Shown here piece by piece: positions 12,451-24,487 of a stretch of 64,000 nucleotides of DNA. Under the pieces are notes generated by a model. The model made no database searches. It was not told where the DNA came from and saw only the letters and a program-made list of their open reading frames with translations. Origin of the DNA: Hormiphora californensis (taxonomy: Eukaryota > Animalia > Ctenophora); NCBI GenBank assembly GCA_020137815.1, contig CM035354.1:7316001-7380000 (forward strand), read 5' to 3'. Both the position numbers and the translations under genes were made by a program. The stretch's first letter is position 1, and each line of letters opens with the position of its first letter.

Positions 12451-14674
12451 CTAAATATGTACTTGAGCCGCCTGTATTTTAAAGATTATGAACAATTCAA
12501 CTAGACTGACCTGTAATGCAAGTATCCCCGGATCTCCCTTCTGAAAGTTACTGCAGTAGGAGAGATCTACAAAATTCATGTTGGGACAACACTCCAACAA
12601 CTTTTCAATCTAAATGTGACATATATTAAAGTGAGTTTAATCCCCTTTACTAATAATAGTATGTACAGTAGGACCCCGATTTACTGGGATGCTCGGGAGT
12701 AAAGGTTCTTGCCCAATAAATCGGGGTGCCCGGTATATCGGGGTCCGACTGTAGTACATAATATGAAGAAACTAACCCATTCAAGTTTAAGTCCATTCAT
12801 TGCCAGAATATCCAGCTGCTCCAGTTCTGGACAACACCGTCCCAGTGTCACGAACTCTTTCTCCTTTAAAGAATTGAGGCCCAAGTGTGTGAGTGTTAGT
12901 ACTTTTAATTTCGGGCACTTTCTAAACACGTTATTCCAGTCAAAGGGTCCCGAGAACACACTTGACCAACCCAGGTCCAGATACTCTACAGTGGGACCGA
13001 ACTTTTCAATTAAATCGATTAGATCGGGCTGGTTAGAGTTGAAAACGAATCTAGTCCTCCAGAGGTTGATTCCACGTATTCCTACAGTAAAAAGTTTAAT
13101 TAAAATCCGGTGAGATAGATTACAGTCGGACCTCGATTTACCGAAACCCCGATTTAAATTTCCCCTGATATAGGACATCTAACAGTATTTGACCCCGATA
13201 AATTAATTCAGAATAGACGTTCTCACCTTTGCAATGTGCAACCATATCTCCAAACAAGTCTTTTGTAAGGCTACAATTGCGATAGATTTGGCGACAGCTG
13301 TTTCCCGCCAAGTACCACTCGATATTAGGGTGGCTCTTGAAAAATGACTCATATCCGGACCAGGATGGATCCTTACTGAGCACCACACGGCACTCAGATA
13401 TGTCAAGGAGGCGAAGATTTGAAAGATTGTCTATCAGGTAGATGCTAGATCACCACAGTGCCGAATATCCAACGCCTAATTTGGGAGATATCAGAGAGTA
13501 AATGTTTCTAACTTTTCCAATGTACAGCTGAGGAAAAAGGAGAAACAAAATCATGGTTTTGTTTTACCTGCAGTTGTGTGAACTGATTGATTCCAACTAG
13601 AAATTCATCGTTAACAAACTCCTCACAGTTGGCACACGATAGATCTACTAAATAAGGTAGTTGGGAAAGTGCAGCCACAACCTCACCACCCTTCATCATC
13701 CCATTCACACCGGTCCACGACAAATCAAGACGAGTAATATTGGGCACACGATCTGCAAACCCTGCCAGAGCATCTCCCGTTAAACTATTCCAAAACGGTT
13801 TAAAATTCATCTCCTTTCCTCGTCAACAGACACTGATCGAACAGTCTGCATGTCCGTTGGACCTGTGCTTGGTCTTTTGCATCCAGTAGATAGGAGAATA
13901 TGGTAGTTAGTACCTCAGGAGGGACCCTACTGATGAAACACTCTTCTCTCGTTAACCTTCACTACTGGCCGGTTGTCGGTTAATTTCAGTTTCTCTAGCT
14001 CCTTCACAGGTATTGTGGACAGTTGTCGACGCCATAACCCGATCCTTGACAACTTTCTTAGCGTGACTTTTAGCAGCTTTCTCCTTGTCTACTGGCAGAG
14101 ATTTGTATCCCTCCAAATTGACAGCGTCAAACTCAAAATAATACTCTGCCAGACTACTGTTGAACTCGAGCCGTAACCTCTGGGTCCGGAACGATTTCTT
14201 GTTTAACTTGGGAAAACTAATTTTAGCTATGGTGTGTTGGTGGGGATCAGCTTTCTCCTTGCTACTCCACAGAACCCTCCATCTGGAGAGGTGTTTTGAT
14301 GACATAACCGTTCCGTGGTCACTGGCTAACACCCGAACAAGAGCCCCCGGACACAGGGTCTGCCACAGAGATAGACACACTGGGTACACTGGTTCAGGGA
14401 AGGTAACATCAATGAAATCAGTCCCACGGAACCAATTAGGGGTGTGTCCTATGGGTGGGAAGGGGAGTAAATGCGGTAACTTGGTCCAATGATCACCATA
14501 CGTTCTGAATACAACACTTCGAGTGAAGTCACCATAGTTGCAATGCCTCGACTCGCCGATACAGTTGTCTGCCGAATAACAGTTTGTGGATTTGAAGCCA
14601 TACTCGCTGCTGTAATAGTTCAACTCGGAGACATATTGTGTTATAAGAGCTTCCCCCTCCTCACCCGCGGCCAT
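12451..14674 (-). CDS. FBXL4: F-box/LRR-repeat protein 4
   Basis: N-terminal FBXL4 signature (YSSEYG...GDFTRSVVFRTYG..W...DFIDVTFPEPVYP...PGALVRVLA), F-box (PPEVLTTIFSYL) and LRRs (RLDLSWTG, YLDLGWS, CPELEQLDIL). Exons approx 14674-13569, 13476-13227, 13081-12777, 12609-12511 and 12471-12451; small indels near 13950-13810. Confidence 0.9.
12666..12751. mobile_element. Tc1/pogo-like MITE (CAGTxGGACCCCGAT termini, TA TSD) in FBXL4 intron
   Basis: TA|CAGTAGGACCCCGATTTAC...TATATCGGGGTCCGACTG|TA; family copies at 13123-13200 (partial) and 36662-36764. Confidence 0.8.
13123..13200. mobile_element. Partial copy of the same Tc1/pogo-like MITE family
   Basis: TA|CAGTCGGACCTCGATTTACCG...TTTGACCCCGATA; only one end present. 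Confidence 0.6.
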
Positions 14675-14805
14675 AGACTAGAAGTGGGAAAAACATTGAG
14701 AAAAACATTGAAATGTAAAGCAGAAAATGTACCATTCCAAAACCCTTGTATTACATTAAAAGGTAAAAATATAATACATATATGTACAAGCTGACAATAA
14801 ACAGG

Positions 14806-15114
14806 TTATATACATGCATCGCGGACAAGTTGAACTCGCTCCATGATAGCCGTTTCCAGCCAGATTTGTTCGCTAACTAATTTCTTCAACATTGTTTGTA
14901 ATTCTTCAGTGGAATGTTGCGCCCACTTTTCAGTACATGTCGCACACTTTTCATCTGTTCTGTTCCATATTTTTTGCAATGGATTTGGCAAATCACAGCC
15001 CATCTCTTCGCTCACTGACATCTGATGGAACTTTTTAAGAACTGGCCGTAGACGTTTTCGGACAAACTCTCCCCTGTATAGACTTTGTAGTTGTACAACC
15101 GAATCTTCATTCAT
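14806..15114 (-). CDS. IQCC: IQ domain-containing protein C-like, compact 102 aa
   Basis: N-terminal IQ motif (LQSLYRGEFVRKRL) and C-terminal helix (LVSEQIWLETAIMERVQLV; cf. IQCC LAMELLWLQQAINSRKEYL); single exon; acceptor TGTAG 3 nt before the ATG. Confidence 0.65.
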   Translation of the reverse strand: MNEDSVVQLQSLYRGEFVRKRLRPVLKKFHQMSVSEEMGCDLPNPLQKIWNRTDEKCATCTEKWAQHSTEELQTMLKKLVSEQIWLETAIMERVQLVRDACI

Positions 15115-15939
15115 TTTCTACAGTAAAAAGAGGTAATTAAAACTCCCCTTTGATGCTACAATCTCCGAGGAGGCGGGAGCCACGAACGGTGTTGGCGGAC
15201 GAACAACGGTACTGTCCCTCTGAGCGCGGTCGGGCAAGAAAATTAAGATAAGTGCCACCAATAATAACAGGTACTGAATCAGAAGAACCTGCAGCTTTTC
15301 CAATGATGCTCCGAGCTTTAAATGTGCTAAAAAGGACCGGAAACGGGTGCTTTTCGTTTTTTTAAAGTTTGGGTCTGCAAAATTTAAAAGGAAGACAAAT
15401 TCAAACGCGCATAACTTTTCTTATTTATGCGCGGCTTTAGTTTTGCGCGTACCAAATAAGCGCTGGAAAGTGTCTCAAATTATTCTAGACTGATCAAAAA
15501 ACAAAGACTTTTTTTTAGAATTTAGCAACTAATCCATAAACAAGGAAGGGAAACTGATGTCATTTCTATAATCACTTATAATCACTGATTCACTGAACAA
15601 ATAATTTAATGAAAAGTTTAGAACATGAATCATGATTCCAGACCAAAACAATTAACAAAACCACACAACCAGTAATCTCCATACCTACCTTGTGCTGTTG
15701 CACCCCCCCCCCCCCCCCCCCCTCATAATAGTATGAACAATACAAACCTCCACACCTAACAGCAATCTCCAAACATAACAGCAACCACACCTCAGCTATC
15801 ACCAAGAGATCCGTAACGAACAACGGAAAGACCGAGACCCTCCGTCACAATCACATGAACCATCACATGAACCGTCACATTTCTTTTCACAATCACACAC
15901 CACTGTTCAGTTTCACTTTCGTATACTTTCAATATTACC

Positions 15940-16089
15940 TCAAATTGTCTTATACATCAAACTCTCTGACTCTCCAACTAGTTCAACTGAGGCGTATGAT
16001 TCCCAGCTGTCGTCGGAGTCTTTCAGACAACTGAGTTCTTTTATCATACTTTCTGAGCGGGTTCTGCACTCACAGCTATAGGTAATTAC
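15940..16089 (-). CDS. Possible terminal exon of an unidentified gene whose upstream exons lie in the low-quality region
   Basis: CTTACAG acceptor, then 50 open codons (VITYSCECRTRSESMIKELSCLKDSDDSWESYASVELVGESESLMYKTI*). Exon-like garbled segments near 17390-17540, 17873-17922 and 18084-18147. Confidence 0.35.
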   Translation of the reverse strand, partial: VITYSCECRTRSESMIKELSCLKDSDDSWESYASVELVGESESLMYKTI

Positions 16090-16413
16090 CTGTAAGGGGT
16101 ATCATATTAAAATGTGTATCGAGTAAAATTAAAACGTTTTTACAAACTTAGGGTTTGCTAGGTCCTTTGACAAGCTTATAATAAGTATTTAGCTTTTATA
16201 TTGCCATTGGATTGTCTATATGCCAGGCCGAATATTCTTATCCAATAACCAAGTAGCTAACTCTCTGAGAGAGTCTCTCTCTCTCACTCCCTCTGTCACG
16301 TTACAAGATATAAAATTCATAACCTGGCACGTACGCCGGCCAACTAATCAGTGATTGAATGTATCCTACTATCCTACTATCCCGGCGCAGTATGATCCTA
16401 TCATCCTTGTGAA

Positions 16414-16678
16414 CAGAGAGAGAGAGTGAGAGAGAGAGAGAGACAGAGAGAGAGCGAAGCGAGGAGAGAGAGAGAGAGCAGATCGAGAAGAGAGAGAGAG
16501 ACGAGAGAGGAAGCCAGAGAGAGAGAGAAGAGAGAGAGAGAAGACGAGAGAGACGAGTGGAGGAGAGAGAGAGAGAGTGATCGACCTCGAAAGAGAGAGA
16601 GAGAGTGAGAGAGAGAAGAGGAGACGATCGATGTGGACCAGTATTGACCGAGCAGGGAGAGGGCGAGGACGAGGGAGG

Positions 16679-16722
<44 letters not shown>

Positions 16723-16795
16723 AGAGAAAGAGGGCCCCCCCGGGAGACAGAGAGAGGAAAAGAGAGAGGCAGAGGAGGAGAGAAAAAGAGGGGAA

Positions 16796-16830
<35 letters not shown>
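16414..16830. repeat. Degenerate (GA)n microsatellite
   Basis: Long AG-rich tract. Confidence 0.9.
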
Positions 16831-18754
16831 AATTTGGAAAAAGCTATAGATCCCCCTTTTAGAATTTTGATAGAAAAGAAAAGGGGTTCCAGATGTTTAT
16901 GGGAGCTACAACCTCTTATGTCAGATTACTGTCATGTACTGGCCTCCCACCGCGGGGAGTGTTTACTAGTTTAGGAAAAATCAACATTTATAAAAATTTT
17001 TAATTATAGTATGCAGTTCCCCCCCGAGCTTACATTAAATTTTTAAAAAAACTTACCTTATATAAAAGGGGGGGGGGGGTTAGATGATTAGAAGCAAGAA
17101 CTTCTGTACTACTGGCTGCCCAGTACTGCGGCATTGGTTTACTGGTTCAAGGCTGTGAAAATCTATGAAATCAAGAATATAGAAACCTTTTCGGGGTTGG
17201 TCTGTCAGCGCCGATAATCCGATACGGGCCCTTTTAATTTTCATTTTAAACGTTAGCCCAAACTACTTTTTTGTCTCCCGTTAGCAGCGATTTTCTGAAT
17301 CTTAGTAGTTCTTGGCATTTGACAAGCTATGGCGCAACGAAATTTAAGCTTCTTGGTGACGTCAAAACTATTTAATAAAATATGAGACCCCTCTCTTCTT
17401 TTTCTTCTTCTTTTATAGTCATGATCTCTTTCGAATCTCTCTGGCCCTTTCTCTTGCCCCCTACTGCATCTCCCTATAGTCTCTGATTTGCGTTACTTTG
17501 TCTTGAATCTCTCACCGTTACTTTCAACCAAAAGGCCCCCTTAAAAATAGCTAAATTTTTCCCCTTCTTCGGGGCCCCCTACAAAGCACCCCTCCCACAT
17601 TGGGGGAGTAAGGTCCCAGGGGAACAGGGTTAAATCCCCCGAGCCCCCATCCCTTGGTGATCTTCTCTCTTGTTCTTCTCTTTCTTCTCTCCCCTCTTTT
17701 TCCCCTTTTCTATCCCCCCCCTTCTTCTATTCTATCATGCTCTCTTTCCCCTCATCTCTCCTAATTAATTCCCCCCCCCTCCCTTTTTATCCTTTCCCCC
17801 CCTTCAACAAACTCTCTCTCTCTTTATTTTCTACCTCTCACTCTCACTCCTTATTTCTCACAATATCTCTAACCTGTCGCTTCCCATTTCTACAAAAGTA
17901 CGAAAGCGTTATTTCCAATTTCCCTGAAAAATCCCCTCTTATTATCTTAACCTGGGCAAGGGAAAAAGAGGAGGTTTAGCTTCTAGTTTCCCAAACTACT
18001 TGTCAATCCTTTAAAAAACAAGGCCCCTGTTTTTTCTTTTGTGGGGGGGTTTAAAACGGGGGAGGACGGAACATCAAACTCACCTCGCCTGCTTCCCTCC
18101 CCCCATTGCTCTGTAATGCCCCTTTGCCCTTTAAAAACTCTTTCCATCTGCAGAAATCTTTAAAATTGGGTTAACAAAAAAAACCAAAAAAAAAAAAAAA
18201 AAAAAAAACCCCTTTTTAAGGGGTATGAAATCTATTTATATTATAATTTTTATATAAACTAAAATAAATCCTCCTCCCCCTTTTCTCTCTTTTTCAAAAT
18301 TCACTCTCTGCGCAGCCCCGTGTATTGAAATTGTGTTTTGCGGGACCCGTCAAATTAAAATTAGCTAAAATTTTTTGTTTTTCTCCTTGTTTTTACAAAA
18401 AAATGTGAAGTTTGTCAAGGGAATTTTTTAAAAATTGGGGGGGGGGGGGGGGTATTTAAAACGTTTTAAACTTTCTAATTCAAATCAAATTTGAAGATTT
18501 CCCCCCCCTTTTTAAATCTCCACGCCCCACAACGGCCGACAGAGAGATAACTATGAGAAGAGTTAAACAACTAGAAGCCTAGAAAGTTTGTTTACTGCCT
18601 GTGCTATTACCCATGTGTCTTATAGAGTTCAGAATACCAGCAACTACCATAATTCAAACAATATCACTGCTTATATTGTTTGGGTTCCAGCGGAACATAT
18701 CTGCATATATAAATAACGTATATCTTTTAACTAACCCCCACTTTCCTTCTAGCT

Positions 18755-20098
18755 ATGATGCAAGTTAACCTAACCTCTCTTGTTGGAGAAACTCCAACAT
18801 CAAACACCTACACTTTCCTCAGTCTGACCCTCCTAACCTGCTCCTACTTCTCAACTCTCTCCTACTATTTGGATCTCACACTAAACAAGGCCCTAAAATC
18901 AGACCCATCTACAGTACTACTTCTAGAGAGCCTCGCAGTTACAGACATTTTAATCACCATCTCCCACGTCCTCCCTGTCACCCTGACCTCTAATCATGGG
19001 CGGTTGGTCTCTAGGAGGTATTGGGTGTGCGGTGACTGCCACTACAACTCTCTATCTGTACCTTTTGGAGCTCCTTCTGGTGGCAGGGATATCCCTCCAC
19101 CGCCTCAGACTTATCATCATCAGGAGGAAGGGGAGTAGAGAGGAGATCAGGAGGGCTCACAAGAACAACCAAACGAGGATCACCCTTGGAGTTTTGCTCC
19201 TAATGCCACTTCCACCCGTTCTGCTGACACTACTGGAGCCCGCGTCTAAGATCCTGTATATGGGAAAGTTGAGGTGTTGTGTTAGTGAGGTTGAGGGACC
19301 GGTGATAGGGTATATCATAACCTCATACCTCATCCTACCTGGACTTGTTATACTCTTTTGCAATGGGGTCATATTTGTGAAGATTGTGGCAATTAAACTT
19401 AGGTCAAAACGAAGGATAGGGTTCTTTGTGGGACTTCGATTCAGCTATAAGTCCTGGGTCTCTGGCACCTAAACGGACCCAACGGAAGATAAAATCTTCG
19501 ACCTACATAACAATTTGTTGATCTTGTGGGGCCTTTCTGTTGTGCTATACACCCCTAGTTTGGGTTGTTGGCCGGGGAGAGTTCTTCCACAAGAGCAAGG
19601 GCACCTGGGCCATGTCCGATCCTATCCCTGATCGTGATCACAAATCCAGTCCTCTACACTTTCTCTAACATGAGATACAGACGGTATGTGTGGAGTGTGA
19701 TCTGCTGCCGTCCCTTCCCTCCTGATATTAACACCCGCTCTACACCCTGACCTACTCTTCAATGATACCATTAGCAAGTTCTTCTCCAACACCACACCCC
19801 GACACAGGAAGATCTCAGCTATGAGTGTCACCCAAAGCCGCTCTTCCATGTCCTCCCAACCGAATCAGGACACCCGGCCGGAAAGACTCAAGGACACCCA
19901 GGCCATGTGAACTGTTTCTCAGAGCATCTCCCACGGAGTCCCAGTGAGACGTCTCTGTGTGGGGTATGCCAGGTGATCCAAACTAAACCTACCGTCACCA
20001 CTACCACACCCCTAAAGTCGGCTAGTTGGGCCTTTCCTACTGCTAATAAAACTGTGAGCGAGGCTCCTTTGAGACGCCAGTTGACGGCCGAAAAGTGA
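18755..20098 (+). CDS. Class A (rhodopsin-like) GPCR, intronless, frameshifted in this assembly
   Basis: TM2 LLLESLAVTD, ECL1 W.LG..GC, TM3 end ISLHR (DRY position), TM5 YLILP...CN, TM7 NPVLY, helix 8 YRRYV and a CC palmitoylation site; acceptor TTCTAG 2 nt before the ATG; spread over 4-5 ORF fragments. Confidence 0.8.
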
Positions 20099-22811
20099 AT
20101 ATATTGTGTCCATATATGTATTTTTTTATTTATTTTCTAGCTGACATGAAACAGCTTTCAACACCAACTGAGCACATATACTTCTTGCTCTAATAATGGA
20201 AAACTAACTGACACACACTACTAGGTGCGAACATATTCACCCCCTCTAGAAAACTTTGCAAGTGGGAATTTTTGAATTTTTCCGAAAAAATTAATACCGG
20301 GTGTTTTAAAAAACCCAGCAAGGACCCAAATTGTATACTACAAGGCTCTTGCTATGCGAATTCCTCACAGCATTCTAGAAAAGAAGACAGGCTCACATCC
20401 CTAACTCAAAGGGTACATTTTAAAATGATCTGGGAAATGTTTGTAGAATGTTAGTTACGGGGTGAGCTGTTAATCATGGTTTTTTAAAATATGACCCCCT
20501 TTCTCCTTCCAAAATTTTTTTCGAGAAAAACACGCCCATATCTCACCTTCCCCCAATATAAAGCTCATATGTGAGAGATATGGAAAAAGAGAAAAAGCGA
20601 GAGGAGTGGAGTAAAGAGAGAAAAAGAAAAAGCTATCGTCGCCCACGCCCCTACACACTGGATTATGATATGAAACCCCTTTTCCTCAAACCCCCCTGCT
20701 TTTGAACTGTTGCAATGCTTTTATTTAATAACCTGGTCATGCAAACCATCCGCCTGGCTGAGGAGGATTGGGGTGGGGTACGAGACTCGAGTGGTTAAAT
20801 TTTAATAATTTGTATATGTTAGTCAAAATCTGCGAACCCCTCCCGATCTTTTAATTATGGAAGGTTAGAAGTGTTTTAATTTTCCTGTGATTTATGGAAC
20901 TCATGCTACTGCTCCGCCCGTCATCTGTTGGACCCCCCTCGGGCCCCGCACGTTTTCCCTCATATTATGCAGGGAAAAAAATTTGTCAAATTTCGCCCGT
21001 TGATTTAAAAATTTTTTCGGGGGTTTTTGTTATAGGGGTATTATGGAATTTGGAAAGGCTTGCAGAGAGAGAAAGGTTGGGGGTGGGACGAGACTCGAGT
21101 AGTTAAATGCAGGAAAGAGCGGTTCATGTAGGCAAATGCCCTCGACTGGTCATTAAAATATGAATTATAAATCCCGTCACTTTGGACCGGGGGCAAACGA
21201 AATCATCGGCAAAAAAGGGGGGGGGGCAAAAATAAAAAGTATGGAAGTGGAATTTGGTTTCCTTTCTTCTCCCCCTCCTTTTCTTCCCTGGAATTTTTTT
21301 TCCCCCTTCTCTCTTTTTCTTTTCCCTCTTTTTCTCTCTCTCTCCCTCTCTCTCTCTTTCTCCCCATCTCTCTCTCTCTCTCCCCCCTCTTTCCTTCCCC
21401 CTCTCCCCTCCTTCTCTCTCTCTCTCTCTCTCTCTCTCCCCCTCTTTTTTTTTACTCACCGCCCTGGGTTTTTCCGGGTTTTTTTTCCCCTTCACTTTGT
21501 CAAGAATAATGGAGGGGTGCTCTACTTTGGAAAAGGGGAAATCGATTTTTTTCATTTCCCCCGGAAAATACTGAAACGAATAAAAGCAAGGGAGCCCCCC
21601 TTCCTTTCCCAACTCTCGTTTTGGGAATTTACCCGCTTTAATACAGGAAAAAAGTTAAAAAATTTCCCAAAACGACCCCTATCAAAACTTTTTAATTTTT
21701 AAACCCGGGCTGGGTGATATACCCAGTGATCAAAAAAAAGTTAAAAAAATAACCTTTCCGGGTTTCCCGCGGCCCCTTTTCACTGAGTCCCTATAACTCC
21801 TCATCAAACGTATCTTTTGACTTAACTCAACTTTACACATTTTACCTAAACATCCCTTTCCCAACACATTAACTTCTTCAGCTACCCTTAAACCAAACCC
21901 CTAAAAACGTATCTTCTGATCTAGCTGTCCTCAACACCAAAAAAAACCCCGGGATCTTTTGTCTACTGACCTCAAAAAAACCATTTATTTCCGGGGGTCC
22001 TCCGGGGGGCGCAGTTCATCTTTGGGAATTTTTTTCAGCAGTGTCCGGGGCTTTCCACCTTCTCCTCTGCTAAAAATTCTCATCATGTCTCGGTTCCTGG
22101 GGGGAGAAGAGGGGCAAAAGGGACATTCTCTGGCCCCTCATCCCGTGGGTTTTTTGTGGGAAAATTTTTAAAACTTCATCGCTTTTTTTCTAAAAAAAAT
22201 CAGGGGACTAATCTGCACCAAACACCCTTTTTGTACGCCCAAAACCTTTCGTACATCACGGGTATTTTCCTAAGTTAAACCCGCTTTTGGTTTAAAGGCA
22301 AGGCCACGAATTGTTGAAAATTGAGAGTGACAATAATGAGTCTTGAGTGTAGTTGGAAATGAGCCTACAAATGATATCTAATAGAAAGGGCATTGTATCT
22401 ACCCTATTGCTGCATTATGGTACCCGCCCTCCCTGCCGAGGGCCCCTCCCTGCCGGGGGTCCAGGGGGGTCTTCGGCGGGGGGGGGGAATGGGGGATAAT
22501 GTCCTAGGGCCCGACGAGATTGGGTTTATCCCCGTCGGCCGTAGGACATTGACCCCTATATTCCGCCCTCCCTGCCGAAAACTGACTCCGAGAGAGTATT
22601 CGGCAGGGGAGGACATTTACCCCTCCTATTCACCCTCTGTACCGACGATCGGCAGGGAGGATATTTCACCCCTCCTTTTACCCTCTGTACCGACGATCGG
22701 TAGGGAGGGCGTTTCACTCCTTCTGTGAGCTCGAGAATTTGGCCGGCAGGCCAAATACGAAGAGTTCACTGTGTATTTTTCCTCTGAGTATCGTTAGGGT
22801 TAGGGTTAGGG

Positions 22812-24178
22812 CCATAAACAATCGAATTCCTGCCAGCGAGGGCGCGGTTAAGATCAATCGATTTCCTGCCAGGCCCACGGTTAGGAACACAGTGTACGGA
22901 AATCCGACACATTTTATTTTTAAGTGCTACTTTAGTTAATCACTGCTAATTAGTGGTTGAATATTTTGAAGTTTTAAGAACGGAAAAAGGGAACAGAAGG
23001 GATTATCTATCCAGCTATGTAATTTTTAGTTGAATTTTCAGATCATAACATAAGTCTATCCTTCCAGAACACCAGGTCATTTTTGGTCAATTTTGGACAT
23101 AATTGATCAATTATCTAATTGACCAATTAACTTTTTTTAAGGTTAAGCTGGCCTAACCTTCACGTCTCAAACGTCCTCTTTCAGATGGTGTAATTTTTTG
23201 GAATTTTGTAAAACACATTATCACTCAGACTGCATTTAACTGTTTAGTACTAGCCTATTGTACCGTCTTCATAGTGAAGTGCAATTTCGGGTCGAAAAAG
23301 TCAATTTTGTAACAAAGTCATATCTTAACTGTTTTTAATCGAATATATTGTTGCATTAATGTTGTCGATACAGTTATCCGCTTATTACTACTTACTTTTA
23401 TTAAGTTTTTTGGCCAAAATCGAGCCAATATAGCGTTTTTTGGTCAATTTTGGACATATATGACTTAAAAATCCCAAAATTTTTTATGCATAAAAGACCT
23501 CAGACAGTGCTTGGCATCTGAAGATAACTTTCAGCTCTTTAAATGAAGTCAAACAGGTCAAAAATCACTTAGATTGACTTAAATGGTGATTTGGCCAAAT
23601 TTGGCTGGCAGATCAGCATTGGTGTTAAGCTGAGCACTAACAATATGATTCTTTATTGGTTAGAAATGATCGAATTCCGTTCAAATCATTCATATTCCGT
23701 ACAACAAAACCCTGGTTAGAAAGTATCGAATTCCGTACAACACTTGAACTCTAACCAAAATATACTCCATTGGTTAGAAACTATCGAATTCCGTCCAAAT
23801 CGTTCCTATTCCGTACAGGTCCTAACCGGTTAGAAAGTATCGAATTCCGTACAACACATGAACCCTAACCATTCATACTCCGTTGGTTAGAAACGATCGA
23901 ATTCCGTCCAAACCGTTCTATTTCCGTTCTATGAGGCCAGGGTTAGAAAATATCGAATTCCGTACACGCAGGGTACTTACAATAGCACTCTCTGCACTCT
24001 TGTACGGAATTCGATAGTTTCTAACCTTGCCCGTGGACGGACATCATACAGACTGGACGGACATCCGACAAACTGTACGGATAGTAGACTCAGTGGATGC
24101 ATCAGAAAGATCGGACGGACACTGCACAGTTTGTCGGATGTCCTGCCAATATGTCGTACGGATTTCGATTGTTTATGG
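22812..24178. mobile_element. Inner TIR element inserted into the TTAGGG array
   Basis: TIRs CCATAAACAATCGAATTCC (22812) and GGATTTCGATTGTTTATGG (ends 24178), flanked on both sides by TTAGGG in the same orientation. Confidence 0.65.
23656..24026. repeat. Array of GGTTAGAAA(G/C)TATCGAATTCCGT(A/C)CA units inside the inner element
   Basis: About six spaced direct copies (23656-23965) plus one inverted copy at 24001-24026. Confidence 0.85.
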
Positions 24179-24262
24179 TTAGGGTTAGGGTTAGGGTTAG
24201 GGTTAGGGTTAGGGTGGTGGTTAGGGCGGTGGTTAGGGTGATGGTTAGGGCGATGGTTTGGG
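24179..24262 (+). repeat. Interstitial telomeric repeat (TTAGGG)6 plus degenerate units
   Basis: Six perfect TTAGGG from 24179, then variants; (TTAGGG)3 at 22794-22811. Confidence 0.95.
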
Positions 24263-24487
24263 TTATGGTTTCGTCGGCACAGAGGGTGAAAAGGAGGGGT
24301 TAGGGTAGGACATTATACCCCCATATCCCGCCCTCCCTGCCGAATGACCTCCCTGCCGACCCGTCGGCAGGGAGGTCCGTCGGCAGGGAGGGGGTGACTC
24401 CTGCATTATTCAAACCCAAGTTTAAAAAAATCAAAAAATCTCCCAACGACGACACCCTACTGGCTACTAAAATCCCCACTCCCCCAG

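Larger units (their letters stand above)
22419..24400. mobile_element. Non-autonomous DNA transposon with 9-bp TSD (Mutator-like by TSD length), carrying a TTAGGG array
   Basis: Direct repeat CTGCATTAT at 22410-22418 and 24401-24409; inverted termini around CCCTCCCTGCCGA / TCGGCAGGGAGGG; subterminal inverted motif ACCCTCTGTACCGACGA / TCGTCGGCACAGAGGGT. Confidence 0.75.

Noticed and set aside
17100-17150. Minus-strand QCRSTGQ matching exon 3B of precursor 2
   Set aside because: Different codons, no CQC or final Cys, no splice context; it is a noisy copy of a local repeat also at about 16935-16970.
16400-22300. Frameshifts, long homopolymers and odd ORFs suggesting pseudogenes or recoding
   Set aside because: Inflated A/T/G/C runs and scattered single-base indels look like low-coverage long-read consensus error; the same caution applies to the VWA5A and FBXL4 indels.
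23656-23965. Spaced direct repeats resembling a CRISPR array
   Set aside because: Eukaryotic context, no cas genes, spacers are similar to each other, and the array lies inside a TIR element.
24179-24262. Chromosome end or fusion site
   Set aside because: Only six perfect units, a single orientation, and enclosed by a TSD-flanked element.
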